Below, in pieces: positions 31,034 through 39,082 of a stretch of DNA of 39,925 nt. Numbering within the stretch: the stretch's first letter is position 1; each line of letters begins with the position of its first letter. This DNA comes from a virus (lineage: Duplodnaviria > Caudoviricetes). Position numbers and translations under genes: made by a program. The stretch covers positions 1 to 39,925 of the IMG/VR virus record IMGVR_UViG_3300044513_003828. The stretch is one strand, 5' to 3'. The notes beneath the pieces are model-generated. The model had not been told where the DNA came from. It made no database searches and saw only the letters and a list, made by a program, of their open reading frames with translations.

Positions 31034-31061
31034 AAAAAAAAGAGGACCGAAGTCCTCTTTT
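31034..31061 (-). terminator. Intrinsic terminator with cUUCGg tetraloop ending the replication/RNR unit (possibly bidirectional)
   Basis: Minus strand AGAGGAC-TTCG-GTCCTCT followed by a T run. There is also a short T run on the + strand side. Confidence 0.9.
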
Positions 31062-31088
31062 ATATTTGTTGTTTGTTAAAAATAACAA

Positions 31089-32795
31089 TTAACCTTCACA
31101 AGCAACACACTGTAAGTCATTCAAATTCAATTTCTTTCTCGCGAAAGCTTGAGCCGAATTCATTGAGTGTTGGTAGTATAATGTCTTCACACCCAACTGC
31201 CAAGCTTCAATGAGAAGTTTGTTAACATCCCTCGTCGGCATGTCAGGTGAAATCATTAGGTTTAGTGATTGTGATTGGTCAATATAATCTTGACGAACCG
31301 CAGCTTGATTGATAATTGATGATTGGTTAATCTCAGCAAATGTTCTGAAGATATCCTTTTGTTCGTCATTTAAGAAGTCTAAGTGTTGAACTGAACCATC
31401 ATTTTGTTTGATACTGTTCCACACCTCTTTAGTATCCTTACCTAACTCAACCAATACTTTTTTCAATACCGGATTTTTGATGGTTACTTTCATCTTAGCA
31501 ACATCCTTCACATAACAGTTAGACCAAATCGGTTCAATTGATTGTGATACCTGCCCTAAGATAAATGCTGAAGATGTTGTAGGTGCAATTGCATTCAACG
31601 TAACATTTCTTCTACCATAACCTTTTAAGTATTCTGGTTCTCCGAACATTTCAGCCAACTTCTCTGAAGCCGCATATGACTTCTCTTTGATAAGTTTGAA
31701 TACCTCAACATTCAATCTCGCAGTTTCTCTAGTGTCAAAAGGTAGACCCTTTGACTGTAATAGTGAGTGCCACCCCAATACACCTAAACCTAACGCTCTT
31801 TGTCTCTTAGCGAAGTTATAAGCTTTCTCCAAATAGAAGAAACCTCTCCTACCTTCGATAGTTCCGTTATCTCTAATATCCTCAATCTTAGTTAAGAATT
31901 CAGTAACAACCGCGTCTAAGAACATAGTCATTGTTTCAACTGCGTCAGTGTCTTTCCACTCATCGTAGTGTAGAACATTCATTGATGACAATACACAAAC
32001 GAATGACTCTTCTTCAGAGTTGTGAAGTGCAATCTCTGAACAAAGGTTAGAGTTGTAAATCTTCGCACCTTTATCTTTGTATACGTCAACTGTCTTGTTG
32101 TTCATCGTGTCATGGAACATGATGTATGGGTAACCAATTTCTCCTCTTCTTTGGATTACTTTAGCCCAAATCGCTCTCTTTTTTTCATCACCAGCAATCA
32201 TCTCGTTCATAAACTCATCAGTTACAGTAACCGCGTGAGTTAAATCTTGAATTGGGAAACCCTCTGTACCAATTTCTAAAAACTCCATAATATCAGGGTG
32301 TTCCACTGGTAGATATGGTGAGAAACGACCACGACGTGTTGACCCTTGAGATATGTTATCCACAACACTCTCAAATAAGTTCATAAAGTGAACCGAACCA
32401 GGTGCAAGACCGTTGTCAGTAATCTCAGCACCTCTTTCTCTAATGTTACCAAAGTAACCAGAGGTACCTCCACCCATCTTACTCATCTCTCCAACTTCAG
32501 CTTGTGTGTAAAGAATCGACTCAATATTGTCACCAATATTAGAACCGAAACAACTTACTGGTAGACCTCTCTTCTTACCAAAGTTAGCCCATACAGGTGA
32601 AGATAGTGAATACCACCCTTTACCCATATAGTCATAAAATTTATCTGCAAACCCTTCAATACCTAACAGATTCTCAGCATAATCTGCAATTGTTCTGATT
32701 CTCTGTAACGGTTCTTCACCCTCACTAAGATATCCTCTTTGTAAGAAGGTGATTGATTCTTCATTAATCCATTCAAATGGTTTTCTATCGCTCAT
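31089..32795 (-). CDS. nrdA: Ribonucleotide reductase class I large subunit, lacking an ATP-cone (NrdAi/class Id-like)
   Basis: PVSCF, GGGTS, SNLCSEI (thiyl Cys), FVCVLSS, APTTSS, GVKTLYY and C-terminal CVACEG. It is short (568 aa) with no N-terminal cone. Confidence 0.95.
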   Translation of the reverse strand: MSDRKPFEWINEESITFLQRGYLSEGEEPLQRIRTIADYAENLLGIEGFADKFYDYMGKGWYSLSSPVWANFGKKRGLPVSCFGSNIGDNIESILYTQAEVGEMSKMGGGTSGYFGNIRERGAEITDNGLAPGSVHFMNLFESVVDNISQGSTRRGRFSPYLPVEHPDIMEFLEIGTEGFPIQDLTHAVTVTDEFMNEMIAGDEKKRAIWAKVIQRRGEIGYPYIMFHDTMNNKTVDVYKDKGAKIYNSNLCSEIALHNSEEESFVCVLSSMNVLHYDEWKDTDAVETMTMFLDAVVTEFLTKIEDIRDNGTIEGRRGFFYLEKAYNFAKRQRALGLGVLGWHSLLQSKGLPFDTRETARLNVEVFKLIKEKSYAASEKLAEMFGEPEYLKGYGRRNVTLNAIAPTTSSAFILGQVSQSIEPIWSNCYVKDVAKMKVTIKNPVLKKVLVELGKDTKEVWNSIKQNDGSVQHLDFLNDEQKDIFRTFAEINQSSIINQAAVRQDYIDQSQSLNLMISPDMPTRDVNKLLIEAWQLGVKTLYYQHSMNSAQAFARKKLNLNDLQCVACEG

Positions 32796-32816
32796 TTTTT
32801 TTTCTTTTGTTTTTAA

Positions 32817-34097
32817 TTAAAATAAATCGTTTGACGTGATTGATTTAGATTTCTTACTGTAGTTAATACTTCTTTTGTTAAAGAAATCCGTGTGTTTGGT
32901 TGTTAAAATTTCATCATCAAACCATTCTGTTGTTTCTAATAGTGGTTCGTTAATTTCAAAAATACTATCAATACCAATAGAGTTCAAAGATATGTTAAAT
33001 CTGTGTTTAATAAATTCCATTGTTTGACTTTTAGTTAAGAAATCTAAGTCACCTTCTTCAAAAATCCAATCTATAATTTCTGTTTCCGCCTCGAATGCCT
33101 CCATAGTAGCATTAATAAGGTCTTCTTTTAAACTTTCCGTCCACCACGATGGGTTTTCTTTTTTAATAAGGTTTACCAAATCAAACCCAAACTCAGCGTG
33201 AATATTTTCCTCTTTTGATGTTGCTTCAACCGCGTTACTGATACCTTTCAACATGTTTTTGTGTTTGTTGAATGATAACATAACTAAGAATTGTGAGAAC
33301 AACGATACGTTTTCTACGAACATAGAGAATAATACTACAGACTCAAAATATTCTTTGTTTTCCACTGACTTTGAGTTTGAAATAGATTTCTCTAAGTATT
33401 TGATTCTTCTTCTAATTGCTGGTACATCCATTAAGTTTTCAAACTCAGCGTTAAGACCTAACAACTGAACCAAATGAGAATATGCGTCTGCATGTCTTAC
33501 TTCTGATTCTGCGAATGTTGCACCTACATTACCAATTTCTGGTTTAGGCATCCTTTTGTAGATGTCTCCCCAGAATGATTTAACCGCAACTTCAATCTGT
33601 GAGATTGCTAACATTGCTCTTTTTACTGCGGTTTTTTCTTTTTTATCCAAGTGAACTTTAAAATCTTGGATGTCTGATGTAAAGTTAAACTCAGTATGTA
33701 CCCAGTATGAATGTCTGATAGCATCTACATACTCATTTAGATTTGGGTATTCGTAAGGTTTAAGATTAGTTCTCTTCGTGAAGATGTCTGGTCTATTTTT
33801 CGCACGATATACGATGTATTCTCTTGCAACGTCATTTAAACCGTTATCCATCAATTTGTTTTCAACCATCTCATGAATTTCGTCAACATGAGGAACTTTA
33901 TCCTTTTCATCTCTGAAAATTCCTTTACGAGTGATTCTAGCAATTTTCTCAGCCATTTCATCATCAACATCACCGACCGCCTGCATAGCTTTCATGACCG
34001 CATACTTGATTTTCTCAGCCTCGAACATTACTTGTTCACCACTTCTCTTAATTACATAACTAGTTTCTTTACTGTTCATAGTATTAAAATTTACCAT
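32817..34097 (-). CDS. nrdB: Ribonucleotide reductase small subunit with N-terminal ATP-cone (NrdBi/class Id-like); the start may be the ATG at 34079
   Basis: The N-terminus VIKRSG....F..EKI..AV.KA...VDEIHEMVENKLM.....VAREYIVYR is an ATP-cone. It is followed by ferritin-like ligand motifs SQIEVAVK, ESEVRH..AY, VENVSLFSQF and KEENIH. Confidence 0.93.
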   Translation of the reverse strand: MVNFNTMNSKETSYVIKRSGEQVMFEAEKIKYAVMKAMQAVGDVDDEMAEKIARITRKGIFRDEKDKVPHVDEIHEMVENKLMDNGLNDVAREYIVYRAKNRPDIFTKRTNLKPYEYPNLNEYVDAIRHSYWVHTEFNFTSDIQDFKVHLDKKEKTAVKRAMLAISQIEVAVKSFWGDIYKRMPKPEIGNVGATFAESEVRHADAYSHLVQLLGLNAEFENLMDVPAIRRRIKYLEKSISNSKSVENKEYFESVVLFSMFVENVSLFSQFLVMLSFNKHKNMLKGISNAVEATSKEENIHAEFGFDLVNLIKKENPSWWTESLKEDLINATMEAFEAETEIIDWIFEEGDLDFLTKSQTMEFIKHRFNISLNSIGIDSIFEINEPLLETTEWFDDEILTTKHTDFFNKRSINYSKKSKSITSNDLF

Positions 34098-34110
34098 AAT
34101 TTATTATTGT

Positions 34111-35493
34111 TTAGTTTTGTTGTCCCTCACGTTGCTTACGCTTCTCCATGAGTTCCTTAATTCTATCCCTCTGTTTCTCTTCCTTTTGTTCTTCCAAACC
34201 TAAGAAAGTCATACTCTGTTCAGTATCAATAACCAACATCTCATTGTCATATTTACAATTCTCAAACACAATCCCGTCCTTTCCGATACGTGACTTTGTG
34301 ATTGCAATGGTCGCCAAGTTCATCTCCTTTTGTTGTAGAGATTTAGCAACAGAGATAATCACGTGACCAACCTGAGCCTTCTTAATAGAACCACCCATTT
34401 GGTCTGTTGTCACAACTTCCGATGAAATTGAAGAACGGTTACCCTGTGTTGCAGTCCATCCAACGATGTCCAACTCATGACACATCGCCTCGAACGCTCT
34501 CATCACAGAACCTTCACTCTTCCATTCATCACCCAAGTTTTTGTCAGGTGTGATACAATCAATGTAATCAACAACAATCATATCAATTTTGTTTCCTTCT
34601 GCAATCATCTTTCTAACCTGATTCTTAATTTGATTCATAGTCAGAGTATCTGATGGAAGTTTTTTAAGTGTCAAAGAGTTCGTTGTGTTCTCTTTGATTT
34701 CTCTAACCTTAGCCATCACATCATCTCTGTAATTAGATAAATTGTCAGGAGCAATACCTGTCCAAAGTGTGAAGTGTTTACGTTGGATAATCTTTGGGTT
34801 GTCCTCAAAGAAAATCTGCAGTACATTATAACCCAAATTGAATGCGTGGTTTGAAATCTTAGTTAAGAGGGTCGTCTTACCAACACCTGTAGGTGCCAAA
34901 ATAACTCCAATCTCACCTTTAGCCAATCCACCCTTCATAAGGTTATCAATACCTGGTATCCCCATCGGAATTGGATGACGGTAGTCGTCGTCCAATACCA
35001 CATCCAAATTAGAGAATACATCTGAGGTACCTGTGTCCACTTCACCAACTTGTAAAGCTTCTCTTACCATCTCCTCCAAGTGGTCGTAAGACTCAAAATC
35101 ACCTTTATCAATGATTTTCTGAGCTTTACTCATCACCTTCTGTAATTCTTGTTGTTTACAGAACTTAAGTGACTTCTCTTGAACAAAGTCTGACCCTTCA
35201 ATTGGTGCTTCTTTGACATCTTTTAACATGTCAAAAACCATTTTCTGAGCCATAGGAGAGGAAATTTCACTCTTCGTTAGTTGTTCCAATGTTGCAAATG
35301 TTGGAGTATGTTCGTACTTAACGTAGTACTCCTTAATCATCTGCATAATGATTTTGAAATATTGATTATCAAAATACTTCGGGTCCAACACATCAACAAT
35401 TGAATTGGCAAAGTCTTTGTCAATTACGATGTTGTTTAGAAGTTGTATTTGGAATGAGTTACCGAGGTAACCGAAGTTTTTATCTTTTGACAT
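34111..35493 (-). CDS. Replicative DNA helicase, DnaB/T4 gp41-like (SF4)
   Basis: Walker A APTGVGKT, Walker B IVVDYID, WTATQGNR and ITKSR motifs. Confidence 0.92.
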   Translation of the reverse strand: MSKDKNFGYLGNSFQIQLLNNIVIDKDFANSIVDVLDPKYFDNQYFKIIMQMIKEYYVKYEHTPTFATLEQLTKSEISSPMAQKMVFDMLKDVKEAPIEGSDFVQEKSLKFCKQQELQKVMSKAQKIIDKGDFESYDHLEEMVREALQVGEVDTGTSDVFSNLDVVLDDDYRHPIPMGIPGIDNLMKGGLAKGEIGVILAPTGVGKTTLLTKISNHAFNLGYNVLQIFFEDNPKIIQRKHFTLWTGIAPDNLSNYRDDVMAKVREIKENTTNSLTLKKLPSDTLTMNQIKNQVRKMIAEGNKIDMIVVDYIDCITPDKNLGDEWKSEGSVMRAFEAMCHELDIVGWTATQGNRSSISSEVVTTDQMGGSIKKAQVGHVIISVAKSLQQKEMNLATIAITKSRIGKDGIVFENCKYDNEMLVIDTEQSMTFLGLEEQKEEKQRDRIKELMEKRKQREGQQN

Positions 35494-35521
35494 ATCAATG
35501 TTTTTTTCTTTCGGGTAAATA

Positions 35522-35528
35522 ATAAATA
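35522..35528 (-). promoter_or_regulatory. TATTTAT upstream motif before the helicase gene
   Basis: Coding strand CATATTTATTATTTACC, 28 nt before the helicase ATG. Confidence 0.45.
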
Positions 35529-35531
35529 TGG

Positions 35532-35984
35532 TTAACCTAACTGATATTCCATGTATTCATACGATAAATCTTCACTCGAGAAAATCTCTGTCAGACCTCG
35601 AAGTAAACTTTTTAACTGCGGGCGTATGTCTACGGTATATCTTATTTTTGGTGGATACAATTTTGCATCGATAATTTTATGACAAATTGTCTCATCACCA
35701 ATACGAATTTTGATGTTAAAAATCTCAGGACCATCAGTATTTGATGTATCCAAAATACTTGGGTCCAATTCAATTTGATTGTAGTGGTCCAACATATACA
35801 TGTTAGTTCTCGCTTTCAAATCTCTCATTAATGTGTTAGTGAAATCATTAATAAATTCAATGACATCAATACTCCTTCTTGCTTTCGGATTATACCCTCT
35901 AACGTTGAAGTAACGCTGTACTACGATGTTGTCGTTCAACATCAAAAGGAATTCCATTTTTGTTACGTCATTTTTTTCTTTCAT
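35532..35984 (-). CDS. Hypothetical protein (150 aa) in the replication module
   Basis: Fills the gap between the exonuclease and helicase genes with a 3-nt upstream spacing. No motif recognised. Confidence 0.75.
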   Translation of the reverse strand: MKEKNDVTKMEFLLMLNDNIVVQRYFNVRGYNPKARRSIDVIEFINDFTNTLMRDLKARTNMYMLDHYNQIELDPSILDTSNTDGPEIFNIKIRIGDETICHKIIDAKLYPPKIRYTVDIRPQLKSLLRGLTEIFSSEDLSYEYMEYQLG

Positions 35985-35987
35985 AAC

Positions 35988-36995
35988 TTAATTTTTGTTT
36001 TTGTAACGTTTTTTTTCTTTACGTGTAAGTTTCATAAACGGTGTTAAAAAATCCACCCAACCATCATCTTGCTTGGGTAAGTATTTGAAGATTCCATCCT
36101 TCATCATCATTCTCATGAGATTCTGATATCCTCTTCCTTCGGGGTCCAACTCTTCTGTATAGTAGAGTTCAACTTCCTCCTTACCTTCATCACTTATCAT
36201 TGGGTCTGACAAATCTACAACCTTTTTGTTAATATCAAAGAATTCTTTTCCTAAAACCCCCCTTTTAGTATTCCCTTCAATGATACTCGTTAAAATCTTG
36301 CGTTTGTCACCTTCAGATTGTAATTCTTCGGCATGTTGTATAATATCGTCAACAGAAACTGCTTTGTCCAATATCTCAGGAAATAACTTAGCAAAAGTTT
36401 TCTCACCTAATAAGTGAATACCATCAATGTTATCAGATTTATCCCCCGATAATATCTTAAATGTCGTTACATTGTAGTGTGGTATTGAAATGTCTTTCAG
36501 AGGTATTATATCTCCGTTCTTATAGACTTTTCGGTGGTTAGGTGAGTAGACCTCTACTTTATCTGAGATAAGTTGTGTAAGGTCCTTATCTGATGAAAAT
36601 ATAGTTTTGTATTCATCCTCAGATATGTTACAATAGTGTGCAATCGCGTCGTCCGATTCGCAACCATCAATACATACCTGACGGATAAACATTTCTTCAA
36701 GGTACTTCTTAGTTCGTGACAACTGCCATTCAAATGACATCTGTTGCGCCTCGTTAAGAGTTCTCTTTCTATTTCTTTTGTATTGTTCGAGTAAGTCTCT
36801 TCTCGACTGTGAATTATCCTCAGCATCCCAAAATACGATTACCTTATCGTAATTGTGTTCCACCAAGAACTTTTTGAGGGTATTAACGAAATGGAAGATT
36901 GCACCAATGTGGTTACCCTCATGGTACAAATCTCTCACTCCGTGAAATCCTATTTTAAATAAATTATTTCCGTCAACTAATAGTGTCTTTGTCAA
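35988..36995 (-). CDS. 5'-3' exonuclease / flap endonuclease (Pol I N-terminal domain, T4 RNase H-like); TTG start
   Basis: LLVDGNNL, FWD, YKRNR, ESDDAIA, SSDKDLTQL and GDKSDNIDG..GEKT motifs. Confidence 0.92.
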   Translation of the reverse strand: MTKTLLVDGNNLFKIGFHGVRDLYHEGNHIGAIFHFVNTLKKFLVEHNYDKVIVFWDAEDNSQSRRDLLEQYKRNRKRTLNEAQQMSFEWQLSRTKKYLEEMFIRQVCIDGCESDDAIAHYCNISEDEYKTIFSSDKDLTQLISDKVEVYSPNHRKVYKNGDIIPLKDISIPHYNVTTFKILSGDKSDNIDGIHLLGEKTFAKLFPEILDKAVSVDDIIQHAEELQSEGDKRKILTSIIEGNTKRGVLGKEFFDINKKVVDLSDPMISDEGKEEVELYYTEELDPEGRGYQNLMRMMMKDGIFKYLPKQDDGWVDFLTPFMKLTRKEKKRYKNKN

Positions 36996-37013
36996 AATAC
37001 CCTTAATTAAAGG

Positions 37014-38015
37014 TTAGACTTCTTTTACTTCTTCCAATTTGTAATCACCATCTGTTCCGATTACTCTTTTCCAATATTCTGATTGTTCAGACTTATACTG
37101 TTCAATAGATTTCTTTTCTTCGGTAGATTCTTTTCCTGCCAAGAAACCATGAGGTGTTACGATAATCTTACCGTCCTCATATCCTAATCCATTGATGTGG
37201 TTCTTCATAACCGATACCTTTGTTCTAACTGCAAACTTAACTTTTCTTTTGTCTTTGACCGCAGCAATCTTATTGGTACCAGCATTTTTCTGATTACCAA
37301 ATAAGAATACCAATGATGAGTTCAACCAAATAGCCTCACCACCTTTAGCTTTAATCTTAGGTTGACCAAAAGGATTGTCGGGTAATTCTACCCATGGTTG
37401 GTTAACAATCACCAATGTATTTTCATAGTTTGATGTTGCCTTTCTTGAACCAGCAATTCTTTGGTTAATACCCATACCGATTTTGTCGGCTAACGTTGCG
37501 GCATTGTGTTGTTTACCACCCTTACCGTCAAAGGTCATTTTACAAGGAACAGAACCAACAGAATCCCATAAGAATAGTAAGTCGTATTCCAACTCACCTT
37601 TCTCTTGTGCATCCAACAATTCGTTGATGTAGTCTGTGATTTGTTCAATATAATCAAAGTTGTTGTTAAATAAGAAAAATCCGTCCCAATCCAACTCACC
37701 TGTTTCCTCATCAACAACTTCTTCACATTCGAAACCCATTGTTAATGCGTGGTCAAAAGACCATTTCTGTTCAGTGATAATAAAGACAGGAAGGATACCC
37801 TTCTTTTGTGCGTCTACCGCAGTTTTAACTAACGCAGTTGTTTTACCAGTATCACTATGACCCAAGAACATATTCAGGTGCCCAATTGCAGGACCAGGTA
37901 CACCAACCGCATCCAAAAACGCTTCACCTAAATCTAAAAACCTTTGTGGTTTGTATTTCGCGGAAGTAGAGTATTTCTGCTTCAACGACTTAAAATCTTT
38001 TTTCTTAATTGCCAT
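37014..38015 (-). CDS. recA: RecA/UvsX-like recombinase
   Basis: Walker A GHSDTGKT, Walker B LFLWDSVG, IVNQ, KGGEAI and KNHI motifs. It is a divergent phage type, adjacent to the SSB gene. Confidence 0.88.
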   Translation of the reverse strand: MAIKKKDFKSLKQKYSTSAKYKPQRFLDLGEAFLDAVGVPGPAIGHLNMFLGHSDTGKTTALVKTAVDAQKKGILPVFIITEQKWSFDHALTMGFECEEVVDEETGELDWDGFFLFNNNFDYIEQITDYINELLDAQEKGELEYDLLFLWDSVGSVPCKMTFDGKGGKQHNAATLADKIGMGINQRIAGSRKATSNYENTLVIVNQPWVELPDNPFGQPKIKAKGGEAIWLNSSLVFLFGNQKNAGTNKIAAVKDKRKVKFAVRTKVSVMKNHINGLGYEDGKIIVTPHGFLAGKESTEEKKSIEQYKSEQSEYWKRVIGTDGDYKLEEVKEV

Positions 38016-38025
38016 ATTACTTAGT

Positions 38026-38060
38026 AAATAAAGATGGTAAGGACAGAAGCCCCTACCATC
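38026..38060 (-). terminator. Intrinsic terminator/hairpin downstream of the SSB gene
   Basis: Minus strand GATGGTAGGGGC-TTCT-GTCCTTACCATC (12-bp stem with two G-U pairs) followed by TTTATTT. Confidence 0.75.
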
Positions 38061-38073
38061 ATATTAGTGTTTT

Positions 38074-38934
38074 TTAGAACGGTAAGTCCGTATCAACTTG
38101 CATTCCCGCTTGTGGGTCTTTCACTGTAGTGTTTGAGTCAGAGGCTACTGAACCTCCCAAAGTCACTTCTGTGTCGTCACCATAAACGTATTTTTTCAAT
38201 TCTGTATCCCAAACAGGTGTCTCACCTCTTGCGATAGCTTCCAAATACTCAACAGGTTTTTGTGAATAAACATCCTTCCAAGTCAACTCGTCTTCAACCC
38301 ATTCCTTCATCAAATCTTTGTTTGTATGAATTGGTGCTGGGTCGTCATACATAATAGTTTTCACTACTGTGTATTCAATACCTGAAGGTGTCTTTGATTT
38401 AGATAAATCAACAATCAAGTCACGACCTTCGTTAGCATCAGTCACGTCACCTTTTTGTTTCCAAATTGGAATGATTTTATCCAAGATACCTTCTTGTTTG
38501 TAGTTATCCTTAAATCTCCAAAACTTAGGTCCGTGGTCTTCATTCTCACGGTCAATTACCTTAACGATGTAGAATTTACGTGGACGGTACTGACGAGCCA
38601 ATTCTTTGTCAGTCTCTTTACCTGTAGACATCAATTCTTCATATACCTCAGTAAGTGGTGAACGCTCACCGTCATTCTTACCAGGGTCGTACAATTTAGT
38701 CCATTTACCATCAATCTGTACTTCGTGGTACCACACCTCTTTAAATGGTGAAGAACCATCAGGTGTTGGAAGGATACGGATTACTTTTTGACCAGATTTG
38801 GTCCCTTTAGGAAGATACGTTGTAAAGTATCTTTTTAGTCTGTCTTCTTGAGACATTGTGTTACTCCCACTGTTACTTGAACGTTGGGTGTTTTTTTCAT
38901 ACTGTGCTAACACAGCGTCGAGTGCATTTCCCAT
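38074..38934 (-). CDS. Single-stranded DNA-binding protein, T4 gp32-like
   Basis: IRILP....PF.E.WYH core, R.FYIVKVIDR..E..G.K.W.F, GRDL and an acidic tail ending DTDLPF. It lies upstream of the recombinase gene. Confidence 0.8.
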   Translation of the reverse strand: MGNALDAVLAQYEKNTQRSSNSGSNTMSQEDRLKRYFTTYLPKGTKSGQKVIRILPTPDGSSPFKEVWYHEVQIDGKWTKLYDPGKNDGERSPLTEVYEELMSTGKETDKELARQYRPRKFYIVKVIDRENEDHGPKFWRFKDNYKQEGILDKIIPIWKQKGDVTDANEGRDLIVDLSKSKTPSGIEYTVVKTIMYDDPAPIHTNKDLMKEWVEDELTWKDVYSQKPVEYLEAIARGETPVWDTELKKYVYGDDTEVTLGGSVASDSNTTVKDPQAGMQVDTDLPF

Positions 38935-38983
38935 AATTTTTTCTTTTTACTCTGTTAATTGTTTCTCTTAAAACTCAATAATA

Positions 38984-39011
38984 AGTATAGTCTTCAAACC
39001 TTAAAAGTCAA
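38984..39011 (-). promoter_or_regulatory. Sigma70-like promoter TTGACT-N16-TATACT upstream of the SSB gene
   Basis: -35 at 39011-39006 and -10 at 38989-38984. Confidence 0.5.
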
Positions 39012-39017
39012 CTGACT

Positions 39018-39050
39018 AAAAAGAAAAAGACCACTCATTTGAGTGGCCTT
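39018..39050 (-). terminator. Intrinsic terminator downstream of the 212-aa gene
   Basis: Minus strand AAGGCCACTC-AAAT-GAGTGGTCTT followed by TTTCTTTTT. Confidence 0.8.
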
Positions 39051-39079
39051 ATAATATATAAAATTATGTGTATTGTCAA
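39051..39079 (-). promoter_or_regulatory. Near-consensus sigma70-like promoter TTGACA-N17-TATTAT
   Basis: -35 at 39079-39074, spacer ATACACATAATTTTATA (17 nt), -10 at 39056-39051. Confidence 0.6.
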
Positions 39080-39082
39080 GTG

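Noticed and set aside
31089-38015. Introns, inteins or homing endonucleases in nrdA, nrdB, helicase or recA
   Set aside because: All have compact, uninterrupted lengths with contiguous motifs, and no intein splice-junction or LAGLIDADG/HNH signature was seen.
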